Assembly: GCA_040767195.1 (NCBI GenBank)
Contig: JAXGPA010000007.1
Coordinates: 52,764-116,763 of the forward strand
DNA length: 64,000 nt
Source of the DNA: Syntrophales bacterium
Lineage (GTDB): Bacteria; Desulfobacterota; Syntrophia; Syntrophales; UBA6807
Reading direction: 5' to 3'
In this document: one piece after another, positions 39,019 to 49,627 of the stretch
Layout: every line of letters begins with the position of its first letter
How positions within the stretch are numbered: the stretch's first letter is position 1
Position numbers and translations under genes: made by a program
Notes under the pieces: model-generated
Told to the model about the DNA's origin: nothing
The model's database searches: none
The model's input: the letters and a program-made list of their open reading frames with translations, nothing else

Positions 39019-39054
39019 AAGCCTGACGGGCCGCAGGGATGGAACATCCCTGGC

Positions 39055-39408
39055 CTACCCCCCCTTTTTTTTCTTTATTTCCGTGCGGCAGACCCGGCAG
39101 GCGGCGCCGGTGGCGGCCTGAATCTCCGGTTCATCAGCCATCCAGTGACGAAGACAGCCCAGGAGGGTGGCCGCATAAGGGTTCTTCCCGCCGTTTGAAA
39201 GGGTGTAGTTCACCCAGAGCCCGTCCTTCCGGCTTTCCACGAGGCCGGCCTTTTCGAGGATCTTCAGGTGCTTTGAAACGGTCGGCTGGGCGATGGGGAG
39301 TACGGCCTGGATCTCGCAGACGCAAAGGGGCTTCGCCTGAAGCATCTTCAGGAGCTTGACCCGGTTCGGGTCGGAGAGGGCCTTCATGACCCGGATAAAG
39401 TCTTCCAT
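39055..39408 (-). CDS. arsR: ArsR/SmtB metalloregulator
   Basis: KALSDPNR, LCVCE (As-binding-type motif), QPTVSKHLKIL and RKDGLWVNY motifs. Confidence 0.9.
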   Translation of the reverse strand: MEDFIRVMKALSDPNRVKLLKMLQAKPLCVCEIQAVLPIAQPTVSKHLKILEKAGLVESRKDGLWVNYTLSNGGKNPYAATLLGCLRHWMADEPEIQAATGAACRVCRTEIKKKKGG

Positions 39409-39435
39409 CCTTCGCCCTTCTTCAGATTACGCCTG

Positions 39436-39464
39436 ATATTAGGGTCCGCCGCCGGATTTGTCAA
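39436..39464 (-). promoter_or_regulatory. Sigma70 promoter of arsR
   Basis: Minus strand TTGACA-17 nt-TAATAT. Confidence 0.65.
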
Positions 39465-39492
39465 GACGGCGCCGGTCCAAAGAACCCCTTGA

Positions 39493-40899
<1,407 letters not shown>

Positions 40900-40900
40900 T

Positions 40901-41782
40901 TCAGGCCCGCTCCCCCGCCTTTCGGAGCAGGAGCTGCCAGTCCTCGTTCACCATGTCCTGGATGTGGTCCAGGTCCTCTTCCGTGAGGTGCTGGAACCGG
41001 CCCTGGAGGTGGAAGTATTCCTTCACGGGGAACTCCTTGGGCCGGTAGTTCAGGGTGTACCGGACGCCATCCTCCACCTCGTACAGGGGAAAGATGTTCG
41101 TCTGGACGGCCATCCGGGCGATCTTCACGGACATCTCCGAGGGAATCCGCCACCCCGTGGGACAGGTGGCGTAGATGTGGAGGAAGCGGGATCCCTTGAT
41201 GTCCCTGGCCTTCTTCACCTTGCGGACCAGATCCTCGGGAAAGGCGATGTTCGCCGTGGCGGCGTAGGGGATTCGGTGCGCCACCAGCGCCTCGACGATG
41301 TTCTTCTTCCGCATTTTCTTCCATTCCCGTCCCGGTGTCGTGGTCGTCCACGCGCCGTAAGGGGTCGAGGAACTCCGCTGGACCCCCGTGTTCATGTAGG
41401 CCTCGTTGTCGTAGCAGACGTAGATGAAGTCTTCGTTCCGCTCCACGGCGCCGGAGAGGGCCTGGAAGCCGATGTCGAAGGTCCCGCCGTCCCCCGCCCA
41501 GGTGACCACCGTGGTTTCCGTGTCGCCCTTGAGGTCCAGGGCCGCCCGGACGCCCGTCGCCACGGCGCCGCCCGTCTCGAAGGCGCTGTGGATCACCGGG
41601 ATCTTCAGGGTGGACTGGGGGTAGGGCCCGGCGATGACGGACCAGCAGCAGGCGGGAAGGACCATGATCACCCGGTCGCCCAGGGCCTTCAGGAGAAACC
41701 GCATGGCCACGGCGGCGCCGCACCCCGGGCAGGCCACGTGACCCGAATACATGAATTCCTGATCAAGAACATCAAGTTCCAT
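40901..41782 (-). CDS. porB: 2-oxoacid:acceptor oxidoreductase beta subunit (TPP-binding)
   Basis: ACPGCG, GDGGTFDIG, DNEAYMNTG and CPTGW motifs. Confidence 0.92.
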   Translation of the reverse strand: MELDVLDQEFMYSGHVACPGCGAAVAMRFLLKALGDRVIMVLPACCWSVIAGPYPQSTLKIPVIHSAFETGGAVATGVRAALDLKGDTETTVVTWAGDGGTFDIGFQALSGAVERNEDFIYVCYDNEAYMNTGVQRSSSTPYGAWTTTTPGREWKKMRKKNIVEALVAHRIPYAATANIAFPEDLVRKVKKARDIKGSRFLHIYATCPTGWRIPSEMSVKIARMAVQTNIFPLYEVEDGVRYTLNYRPKEFPVKEYFHLQGRFQHLTEEDLDHIQDMVNEDWQLLLRKAGERA

Positions 41783-42941
41783 GGGAGACCTCCTGGAGCC
41801 CCACCCAGAGGCTGTCCGCCTCGGGGAATTCCCGCTCTTTCGTTTTTTCGTATATCTCTTTCAGGGTGTCCGTCGTCACGTCCCGCCCGCCGATCCCGGC
41901 GATGAAGCCGAAAACGACGGGGCGGTTCCCTTCGTTGCACAGGGCCGCCCGGATCTCCTGGGCGAAGATGCCGCCCGCCCCGAAGGAGAAATTCCGGTCG
42001 ATGACGGCGATCTTTTTCGCCCCCTTCAGGCGGCGGCGGATCTCCTCCGCCGGGAAGGGGCGGAAAAGCCGCAGCTTCAGAAGGCCCGCCTTCTCCCCTT
42101 CCTTCCTCAAGTCTTCCACGACCTGGCGGCAGGTGCTTGTCACCGTTCCCGTCGTCACGAAGACGATGTCGCTGTCCTCGCAGTGGAAAGCCTCCATCGT
42201 CCCGTACCGCCTTCCGAAGAGGCTTTCGTACGCGCCTTCGATTTCCGGGTAAAGGCGGAGGGCTTCCTCCATGGCCTGGGCTATGTTGTGGCGCATTTCC
42301 ATGTACACGGCGGGCGTGACCAGGGGACCGAAAGCGCAGGGGTTTTCCGGGTCCGCCTGGAACCTGGGCGCGAAGGGGGGCAGAAACCGGTCGACCTCTT
42401 CCTGCTCCGGAACGTCCACCGGCTCGTAGGTGTGGGAGAGGAAGAAGGCGTCCAGGACGACCATGACGGGCAGGTTCACCGCCTCCCCGAGGCGGTAAGC
42501 CTGGATGACCGTGTCCAGGACTTCCTGGCCGCTTTCGCAGTAGAACTGGATCCATCCCGTGTCCCGCTGGGCGAGGCTGTCCGTCTGGTCGATCCAGATG
42601 TTCCATCCCGGGGCGAGGGCCCGGTTCACCTCGGCCATGACGATGGGAAGCCTCGCCCCCGACGTCCAGTGGAGAACCTCGTGCATCAGGGCGAGCCCCT
42701 GGCCGGAGGTGGCCGTGAAGACCCGGGCGCCGGCGGTGGCCGACCCGATGAGGGAGGCCAGGGCGGAATGCTCGCTTTCAACCCGGAGAAACCGGGCGTT
42801 CATCCGGCCCTGGGCGCAGAGTTCGGACAGGGTCTCGACGATGTGGGTCTGGGGGGTGATGGGGTAGGCGGAAATGACGCCGACCCGGGCCAACCGGACC
42901 GCTTCCGCCACGGCCTGGCTTCCTTCGAGGACGCGCTTCAT
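41772..42941 (-). CDS. porA: 2-oxoacid:acceptor oxidoreductase alpha subunit
   Basis: From ATG 42941: AYPITPQT, ESEHSA, TATSGQGL, NRALAP and RPFP motifs. Confidence 0.92.
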   Translation of the reverse strand: MKRVLEGSQAVAEAVRLARVGVISAYPITPQTHIVETLSELCAQGRMNARFLRVESEHSALASLIGSATAGARVFTATSGQGLALMHEVLHWTSGARLPIVMAEVNRALAPGWNIWIDQTDSLAQRDTGWIQFYCESGQEVLDTVIQAYRLGEAVNLPVMVVLDAFFLSHTYEPVDVPEQEEVDRFLPPFAPRFQADPENPCAFGPLVTPAVYMEMRHNIAQAMEEALRLYPEIEGAYESLFGRRYGTMEAFHCEDSDIVFVTTGTVTSTCRQVVEDLRKEGEKAGLLKLRLFRPFPAEEIRRRLKGAKKIAVIDRNFSFGAGGIFAQEIRAALCNEGNRPVVFGFIAGIGGRDVTTDTLKEIYEKTKEREFPEADSLWVGLQEVSHGT

Positions 42942-44695
42942 GGTTTTTCCTCCTCCAGTGTCATGGCGTTCCGGGGACACTCGACGACGCAGAGCCCGCA
43001 TCCCTTGCAGTAATCGTAATTGATGCGCCGGCCTTCCGCTCCGTCGCCGCGGATGACCGACATGTCGGGACAGAAGAAAAAGCAGTTGTCGCAATTGTTG
43101 CACAGCCCGCAGTTGAAACACCGATCCGCCTCCCGGATGGCCATGTTGGCCGAGATCTTCAGATCGATTTCCTCAAATCCGCGGATCCTTTCGTCGGCGA
43201 GAAGGCGGGGCTGGGAGATTCTCGGGGCGAGCTGGAAATAGTCGGCGTTGATTTCCCCGTAGCGGACCACGTGTCCGCTTCTCTTGGACCGGGCGCCGCC
43301 CTGGTAGATCTCCATGGACAGGGAAGGCCCGTCCCCCACCCGGAATTTTTCGAGGCGGCCGGGGAGATTTTCCGGTCCCCCCCGGAGGAGCAGGTCCAGG
43401 GCCATGGCGCCTTCCTTGGCTGAGGCCACGGCGTGGACCACCGATTTCACCGAGACCGCCAGGTCACCGCCGTAAATCAGAACAGGTGAGCCGTCCCCCA
43501 CGATGATGGTGCTGTTTGAAAGGGCGAGGACGGGTCCGCCCTTTCCCGGCGGCCGGTGCCAGTCTTCGGCGGCTTCCTCCCCGATGGCCTTGAACACCCG
43601 AGCGAATTCAAGGGTTTCCTCGGCGCCGTCGGGGACGACACGGGACCGCCCGTTGGAATCCGTTCCGTCGACCCGCATGGGCTGGACCGTCAGGGCCAGG
43701 CGGCCGCCTGTCCTTTCCAGCCTCACCGGGGCGAGGAGTTCCCGGATTTTGACCCCTTCCTCCAGGGCCATGAGAACTTCCGTTTCGAAGGCGGGCATGT
43801 CCCGCCGCCGCCGCCGGTAGACGATCCAGGGTTCGCCCCCGAGGCGGGCCACGGACCGGGCCACGTCCACGGCCGTGTTGCCGCCGCCGATGATGGCCAC
43901 GGGACCGTCCATTTTCGGGGTTTTCCCCCGCCGGATTCCCTGGAGAAAGGGCAGCCCTTCCGCCACGCCTTCCAGGTCCTCCCCGGGAATCCCCAGGGAC
44001 CGGGAACGGCCGTGGCCGCACCCGAGGAAGAGGGCGGCGTAGCGTCCCCGGGCCTCATCCACGAAGGCGGGTCCCAGGGGCCGTCCCGTGTGGATGGTGA
44101 CGCCCAGGCTCTCGATGAGGGCGATCTCGCTTCGAAGAACGTCGGGGGGGAGCCGGTAGGCGGGAATCCCCCAGCGGAGAATGCCGCCCGGTTCCTCCCG
44201 GGCCTCGAAGATTTCACACCGGTAACCGAGGCGGGTGAGAAACCAGGCCGCCGCCAGGCCGCTGGGTCCCGACCCGGCGATGGCGATTTTTTCCTCCCGT
44301 CTTTCCTCCCCGGTCATGACGGCGGGCTGAATCTCGTTTTTTCGGGCCGTATCGGCGAGAAACCGCTCGATCTGGTGAATGGCGATGGCTTCATCGAATT
44401 CCCCCCGGTTGCACTGGCTCTCGCAGGGGTGAAAACAGACCCGGCCGCACACGGCGGGGAAGGGGTTTTCCCGGAGGATCGTTTCCCAGGCTTCCTTGAA
44501 AAGGCCGTCACGGGTGAGGAGCTCTATTTTCCCGATGTCCTCGCCGGCGGGACAGGCGGCGCTGCAGGGGGCCGTCTTTTCCTCGTACCGTGGCTTCAGG
44601 TATCGCCAGGAACCCGTCTTGTTGGCTTCCGTGGACGTGCAGGTCTGGGGGATGAAAAGGGGAATCGGATCTGCAGAGGCTTTCTTCGTTTCCAT
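42938..44695 (-). CDS. PorD (delta)-GltD-like FAD/NAD(P) oxidoreductase fusion
   Basis: NKTGSWR, PCSAACP, CGRVCFHPCESQC, GSGPSG, GGGNTAVD motifs; C-terminal CxxCxxCxxCxxCxxxCP and CKGCGLCVVECP ferredoxin motifs; ATG 44695 with GAAAGGA RBS. Confidence 0.88.
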   Translation of the reverse strand: METKKASADPIPLFIPQTCTSTEANKTGSWRYLKPRYEEKTAPCSAACPAGEDIGKIELLTRDGLFKEAWETILRENPFPAVCGRVCFHPCESQCNRGEFDEAIAIHQIERFLADTARKNEIQPAVMTGEERREEKIAIAGSGPSGLAAAWFLTRLGYRCEIFEAREEPGGILRWGIPAYRLPPDVLRSEIALIESLGVTIHTGRPLGPAFVDEARGRYAALFLGCGHGRSRSLGIPGEDLEGVAEGLPFLQGIRRGKTPKMDGPVAIIGGGNTAVDVARSVARLGGEPWIVYRRRRRDMPAFETEVLMALEEGVKIRELLAPVRLERTGGRLALTVQPMRVDGTDSNGRSRVVPDGAEETLEFARVFKAIGEEAAEDWHRPPGKGGPVLALSNSTIIVGDGSPVLIYGGDLAVSVKSVVHAVASAKEGAMALDLLLRGGPENLPGRLEKFRVGDGPSLSMEIYQGGARSKRSGHVVRYGEINADYFQLAPRISQPRLLADERIRGFEEIDLKISANMAIREADRCFNCGLCNNCDNCFFFCPDMSVIRGDGAEGRRINYDYCKGCGLCVVECPRNAMTLEEEKP

Positions 44696-44754
44696 GATTC
44701 GTCCTTTCTCGAACCGGTCTCGAGGGGGCATGGTGCCGCCGGCGGAACCGCGGA

Positions 44755-45333
44755 TCACCCTGCCTCGGCCCGGGGAATCAATCCGATCATCCGGACCTCC
44801 CTGAAGGCGTCCCGGGCGGCACTGACGTTGTCTTCCGGCTTGATGAAGACTTCTTCCCTGATGGCTTCCTCGATGGCCTCCAGGGGAGGGATTCCGAGGA
44901 GCCGGGCAAAAGCGCCGATCATGGTTGTGTTCACGATGGGGTGGGTCCGGGTTCCCAGGCCGTGACGGGCGGCGATCCGGCTCGCGTCGATCCAGGCGAC
45001 ACGGAAGCCGGCGTAGCGGCCCGTTTCCTTCGGTGCGGCGGCGCTGTTCAGGAGAATCCAGCCGTTTTCCTTGAGACCCCGGGTGACGTCGATGCTGTTG
45101 AGAAGGGTGCTGTCCTGAACCAGGACGTGATCGGGCGCGTAAACGTTCGTTCGGAGCCGGACCGGTTTTTCGTCCAGCCGGAGGTAGGCCTCCACGGGGG
45201 CCCCCCGCCGCTCGACACCGAAGAAGGGAAAACTCTGGACCTGGAAGCCGGCCCGGAAAAAGGCCTTGGCCATGAGAATGGAGGCGACCACGGTGCCCTG
45301 GCCGCCCCGGCCGTGAAAGCGGATTTCAATCAT
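44755..45333 (-). CDS. porC: 2-oxoacid:acceptor oxidoreductase gamma subunit
   Basis: EIRFHGRGGQG, FGVERRGAPV and PIVNT motifs. Confidence 0.92.
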   Translation of the reverse strand: MIEIRFHGRGGQGTVVASILMAKAFFRAGFQVQSFPFFGVERRGAPVEAYLRLDEKPVRLRTNVYAPDHVLVQDSTLLNSIDVTRGLKENGWILLNSAAAPKETGRYAGFRVAWIDASRIAARHGLGTRTHPIVNTTMIGAFARLLGIPPLEAIEEAIREEVFIKPEDNVSAARDAFREVRMIGLIPRAEAG

Positions 45334-45418
45334 CCTTCCTCTCCTCAGGGTTTGCTCTGCCTGTAAAAGCAGGACGCCGGGGGAGCGGCCCGAAAAGGCC
45401 GTCCTCGTGCGCGGGTCA

Positions 45419-46021
45419 TCATGTGGACACGACGACGATGGCCTTCGCCGGGCCGTCCTCCAGGGAACGGAAACTGTGGTTGATGTCCGACTCGAAGTAG
45501 AGGCTGTCTCCCGGTTGAAGCACTTCGACCCGGTCGTCGGTCCTGAATTCGAGCGTCCCCTCCAGGAGGTAGAGGAACTCCTCGCCGGCGTGGTTCATGA
45601 AAACCATCCGGGAGACGTCCATGGGAAGGAATTCCACGAAAAGCGGCTCCATGCGCTTGTCCGCCTTTTTCATTTCCAGGGACTCGTAAATGTAGTCCAC
45701 TTCGCCTTCGTGATGGTGGGGGCGCTTCTGGAGCCGGATGCGATCGGCCTTCCGGTTCACGGCGATCTTGTCCGTCACGATCTCCTCTTCGAAAAAATAG
45801 GCCATGCCGACGTCGAGGGCCTTGGCCAGCTTGAGGAGCGTCGCCACGGGAGGGACGACGTCGCCCGCCTCGATTTCCTCGAGAAGGGATTTCTGGAGCC
45901 CCGTTTTCGTGACCATGTCGAGAAGGGTGTACCTCTTCTCCTTTCTCAACGCGCGAACCTTGCGGCCGACGTTGAATTCGGCCGATGCCGGCGGATCGGG
46001 AGAGCCTTTTTTTCGCGTCAT
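45419..46021 (-). CDS. XRE-family HTH regulator with cupin sensor domain
   Basis: N-terminal HTH (PPVATLLKLAKALDV); cupin HAGEEFLYLLEG...PGDSLYFESDINH. Confidence 0.92.
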   Translation of the reverse strand: MTRKKGSPDPPASAEFNVGRKVRALRKEKRYTLLDMVTKTGLQKSLLEEIEAGDVVPPVATLLKLAKALDVGMAYFFEEEIVTDKIAVNRKADRIRLQKRPHHHEGEVDYIYESLEMKKADKRMEPLFVEFLPMDVSRMVFMNHAGEEFLYLLEGTLEFRTDDRVEVLQPGDSLYFESDINHSFRSLEDGPAKAIVVVST

Positions 46022-46163
46022 GGGATCACCTCGAGTCGGGTTATTTGCTGCGGTCTCGATGACGGTGCGCGGTTACCGGCCTTGAGGGGGGGCGTGACGG
46101 GAGTCGGCGGGAACCTCCCGGGGAGAAAGGGGAACCAGGCCCGGTAACGAACGCCGTCCTTTT

Positions 46164-46211
46164 TAAAGAGACTCTTTATCGTTATCTAAACCCATTCCCG
46201 GTGGTTGTCAA
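46164..46211 (-). promoter_or_regulatory. Promoter of the XRE-por transcript with a 7-1-7 palindromic operator
   Basis: Minus strand TTGACA-17 nt-TAGATA (46211..46183); TAAAGAG-A-CTCTTTA at 46164-46178 over the predicted +1. Confidence 0.55.
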
Positions 46212-46293
46212 GGGATAGGGCGCGCCGCTGTTTCGACATCCCTCCCGGGCCGGAGGTTCATGGCCCCTGCCAGGGGCGGCGGGGAAAAATTAT

Positions 46294-46322
46294 TTGACTT
46301 TACGGCCCTTAGAGAGTACTTT
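46294..46322 (+). promoter_or_regulatory. Putative sigma70 promoter of the cstA operon
   Basis: TTGACT-17 nt-TACTTT. Confidence 0.5.
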
Positions 46323-46601
46323 TTTTTAAAAGTGAATCATTGCAGCGTTTCCAGGAGCTGTGATCCTGTACGGGAAACTTCAGCACGTAGTCGGTTGATC
46401 TATATGGTAACGCGCCCAGACGAATCTTTCTTTTCATATGGGGTCTTTTCACATGGGGCCCGGATGTTCCGCCCCGCATTCATGCTTCATCAAAACGACG
46501 GAGAATGGTTTTCGAGGGGGTTCCCCCCTTGCAAAAGACCTTTGGGTAGGGTCTTTCTTTGCCTTGCCGGAAACGAACGGTTTTAGAAAGGAGGTAAGAG
46601 C

Positions 46602-48344
46602 GTGACTACCCTTATTATCCTCATCGGTCTTGCGGTTTATGTCGTTCTGTATTTTACTTATGGGAAGAAACTGGAACGGGATGTGGTGGTGGCCACGGAC
46701 ACTAACGAAACGCCGTCGTCGCGGCTTTACGACGGCGTGGACTATATCCCCGCGAGAAAAGAAGTGCTTTTCGGGCATCATTTTTCCTCCATCGCGGGCG
46801 CGGCCCCCATCATCGGGCCGGCCCTGGCCATGGCCTGGGGATGGCTCCCCGGGCTCCTGTGGGTCTGGTTCGGAAACGTCTTCATCGGGGCCGTCCATGA
46901 CTACCTGGCCCTGGTCGCCTCGGTCCGCTACGACGGCCGGTCCATCCAGTTCGTGGCGTCCGACCTCATGGGAAAGCGGACGGGCACGGCCTTTTACTGG
47001 CTCGTCTTCTTCCTTCTCGTCCTTGTCGTGGCGGCCTTCGGCGCCGTTCTGGGGGGCATGTTCGTCAAGACCCCGGCCATCGCCTCGGCCTACATCTGGT
47101 CCATCGGCGCCGCCCTCATCCTGGGCGTCCTCATGTACCGGGTGAAGATGAACTTCACCGCGGCGACCCTCATCGGGATCGTCATGCTCGTCGCCTCCAT
47201 CATCCTGGGGGTCGAGTTCCCCATCGCGGCGACCTACGAGACGTGGATGTACGTCATGTTCTTCTACATCATCATCGCCGCGTCCATTCCCGTCAACGTC
47301 CTCCTTCAGCCCCGGGACTACCTGAACTCCTTCCTGCTCTACGCCGGTCTCATCCTCGGCCTTGCCGCGGCCGTTTTCGCCTTCCGGGGATTCGAAGTCC
47401 CCGCCTTCTCGGCTTTCGCCCCCGTCGTGGCGGGCGGGAAGGCCACGCCCTTCTGGCCGGCCATTCCGCTCATCATCGCCTGCGGGTCCCTGTCGGGGTT
47501 CCACTCCCTGGTGGCCTCGGGGACCACGTCGAAGCAGCTGGCCAAGGAAAGTGACGCCCTCTTCATCGGATACGGCTCCATGTTCACCGAGGGGTTCCTC
47601 TCCACGATCGTCGTCGTGGCCTGCGCGGGGTTCGGCTACACGGCCCTGCAGAACGCCGCAGCGGCCAAGGGGGTGGAGTTCACCCTCACCGCCGCCAACT
47701 GGGCCACCGACTTCACCCCCGTTTCCGGGAAACTGGGCCTTTCGGCGGTGAATCTCTTTGTCCAGTCCTACGCCGACATGGTGAACGCCACGTGGCTTGC
47801 CGTCATTCCCACGATCTACGTGAAGGTCGTCGCCGGGATGTGGGTCGCCGCCTTCGCCATGACGACCCTGGACACGACGAACCGCCTCGCCCGGTACTGC
47901 ATCTCCGAGATGGCCCTTCCCTTGAAGGGCACCTCCGAGGGCCTGTACAATTTCCTGACGAACCGGTGGGTGGCCTCCGTCATTCCGGCCTTCATCGGGA
48001 TCTACCTGGCCTACAGCAAGAACTTCACCATCCTGTGGCCCTCCTTCGGCGCGGCGAACCAGCTCATCGCCTCCATCGCCCTCATGACCGGGGCGTGCTA
48101 CGTCCACTCGAAGCTGAAATCCCGGTTCTGCAACATCGCCGTCATTCCCGCCTGGCTTCTCTGGGTGACGGTGACCGCCGCCCTGGTGTGGTTCATGGCC
48201 GTGGTTCTGCCCGGGAACATCGCCAAGGCGCCCGCCCAGGGATGGACCGTCATGGCCATCTCGGTGATCATGCTCATCATGAACTTCATTTTCATCACGG
48301 ACTTCGTCAGGAAGTACCGCCAGGAAATGGGGTCGTCCGAGTAA
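46602..48344 (+). CDS. cstA: Carbon starvation CstA-family transporter
   Basis: DGVDYIP, FGHHFSSIAGAAPIIGP, GAVHDY, LLQPRDY, IACGSLSGFHSL, TTLDT and WPSFGAANQL motifs; GTG start with AAGGAGG RBS. Confidence 0.95.
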   Translation: MTTLIILIGLAVYVVLYFTYGKKLERDVVVATDTNETPSSRLYDGVDYIPARKEVLFGHHFSSIAGAAPIIGPALAMAWGWLPGLLWVWFGNVFIGAVHDYLALVASVRYDGRSIQFVASDLMGKRTGTAFYWLVFFLLVLVVAAFGAVLGGMFVKTPAIASAYIWSIGAALILGVLMYRVKMNFTAATLIGIVMLVASIILGVEFPIAATYETWMYVMFFYIIIAASIPVNVLLQPRDYLNSFLLYAGLILGLAAAVFAFRGFEVPAFSAFAPVVAGGKATPFWPAIPLIIACGSLSGFHSLVASGTTSKQLAKESDALFIGYGSMFTEGFLSTIVVVACAGFGYTALQNAAAAKGVEFTLTAANWATDFTPVSGKLGLSAVNLFVQSYADMVNATWLAVIPTIYVKVVAGMWVAAFAMTTLDTTNRLARYCISEMALPLKGTSEGLYNFLTNRWVASVIPAFIGIYLAYSKNFTILWPSFGAANQLIASIALMTGACYVHSKLKSRFCNIAVIPAWLLWVTVTAALVWFMAVVLPGNIAKAPAQGWTVMAISVIMLIMNFIFITDFVRKYRQEMGSSE

Positions 48345-48352
48345 ACGTATGA

Positions 48353-48389
48353 CAGGGCGCGGGGGGTCGAACTCCCGCGCCCTGCTTTT
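48353..48389 (+). terminator. Intra-operon hairpin after cstA (partial terminator or mRNA stabiliser)
   Basis: CAGGGCGCGGG-10 nt-CCCGCGCCCTG followed by CTTTT. Confidence 0.6.
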
Positions 48390-48408
48390 CCGACCAACCG
48401 CTGCCCGC

Positions 48409-48690
48409 ATGAAATCGCCCGTATTCCGATTTCTCCGAGAATTACTGTCCCGTCTCCATGACAGCCACCGCGAGGACGCCGTGGCCCTGACCCACGTGGA
48501 GATGCAGGAGCTGGAAAACATTTTCGCTCTTCTCGTTCTCGGCTCTTTCGTCGGGCTCCCGGCCCCCCCGAGCTTTCTGGCCGTGGAGCTTCTCCCTTTC
48601 ATGGAAAGGGAACTCAAAATCATGAGCCGCCGGGCGGAAGACGCCGGGGACATGCTCGCCGAGATGTGCGGAACCCTGGGGATCGACTGA
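48409..48690 (+). CDS. Small CstA-associated membrane protein (cory-CC-star-like family, lacking the terminal CC)
   Basis: ELENIFALLVLGSFVGLPAPP...ELLPFM core; its TGA overlaps the next ATG (TGATG). Confidence 0.7.
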   Translation: MKSPVFRFLRELLSRLHDSHREDAVALTHVEMQELENIFALLVLGSFVGLPAPPSFLAVELLPFMERELKIMSRRAEDAGDMLAEMCGTLGID

Positions 48691-49625
48691 TGAAGATTCT
48701 TTTTTTCACCGGAAAGGGGGGCGTTGGAAAATCCACCATCGCCGCCGCGTCGGCCCGCCAGATTTCCCGCCGGGCCCGGGTGCTCGTCCAGTCCCTGGAC
48801 CCGGCCCACAACCTGGGGGACATTTTCGGGGTCCGCCTGGGAGACGGGAAGAAAAAGATCTCCGAGACCCTTTCCCTCCAGGAAGTGGATCTCCAGAAAC
48901 TGGCCCGGGAATACCTGGAACGGGAAACCCGGGTCCTCGGGGAGACATACCGGTATCTCCAGGTTCTCAACCTGGACAGTTACTTCTCCATCCTCAAGTA
49001 TTCCCCGGGCATCGAGGAGTACGCCCTTCTCACGAGCATCGAAAGGACGGTCAACGAGGAAACCGATTTCGACTATGTCATCTTCGACACGCCGCCCACG
49101 GGACTCACCCTGCGGTTTCTCGCCCTTCCCAGCGTGACCATCACGTGGGTCGACCGGCTCATCCTCATTCGGGAAAAAATTCTGGAAAAGCGGCACACCA
49201 TCCAGAAGATCCGCAGGCCCCTGAAGGAAGGGGAGATCCCCCGGGAGGAACGTTTGAAATACGATGCCGAAGACGACGCGATCCTGAAAAGGCTTCGCGA
49301 CTTCCGGGTGAATTACGAGCGCCTGAACGGCCTCCTCCAGGGCGCGACGTGCACCGTGGTTCTCGTTTTCAACCCCGACATGCTGTCCCTGCGGGAGTCC
49401 CAGAGGCTCGTGGAAGGTCTCCGGGAACTCCGGCTGCCCCTGCGCCTTCTCGTGAACAACAAGATCACCGACCGGAACCGGGACATGGCGGAGAAGGTCG
49501 AGGCCGCGATGAGAAACACGGCCCCGGGCGTCCCCGTGGAACAGGTTCCCCTGTCGGAAAGCCTTTACGAGGGAAATGAAACGGTCCTCTACCGGATCGC
49601 GAAAGACCTGGGAGACTGGTTCTGA
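48690..49625 (+). CDS. Single-domain ArsA/Get3 (TRC40)-family ATPase
   Basis: GKGGVGKST, SLDPAHNLGD, PGIEE, FDTPPTG and LLVNN motifs. Confidence 0.9.
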   Translation: MKILFFTGKGGVGKSTIAAASARQISRRARVLVQSLDPAHNLGDIFGVRLGDGKKKISETLSLQEVDLQKLAREYLERETRVLGETYRYLQVLNLDSYFSILKYSPGIEEYALLTSIERTVNEETDFDYVIFDTPPTGLTLRFLALPSVTITWVDRLILIREKILEKRHTIQKIRRPLKEGEIPREERLKYDAEDDAILKRLRDFRVNYERLNGLLQGATCTVVLVFNPDMLSLRESQRLVEGLRELRLPLRLLVNNKITDRNRDMAEKVEAAMRNTAPGVPVEQVPLSESLYEGNETVLYRIAKDLGDWF

Positions 49626-49627
49626 TC

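Noticed and set aside
46449..49196. 915-aa minus-strand ORF spanning cstA and the ATPase
   Set aside because: Antisense shadow of strongly biased coding sequence; no recognisable domain, while the + strand genes are clearly real.
48690..49625. Calling the ATPase an arsenite-pump ArsA linked to the ars cluster
   Set aside because: Single domain, lacks the Cys ligand set, no arsB/acr3/arsD adjacent, and it is coupled to cstA about 9 kb from arsR.
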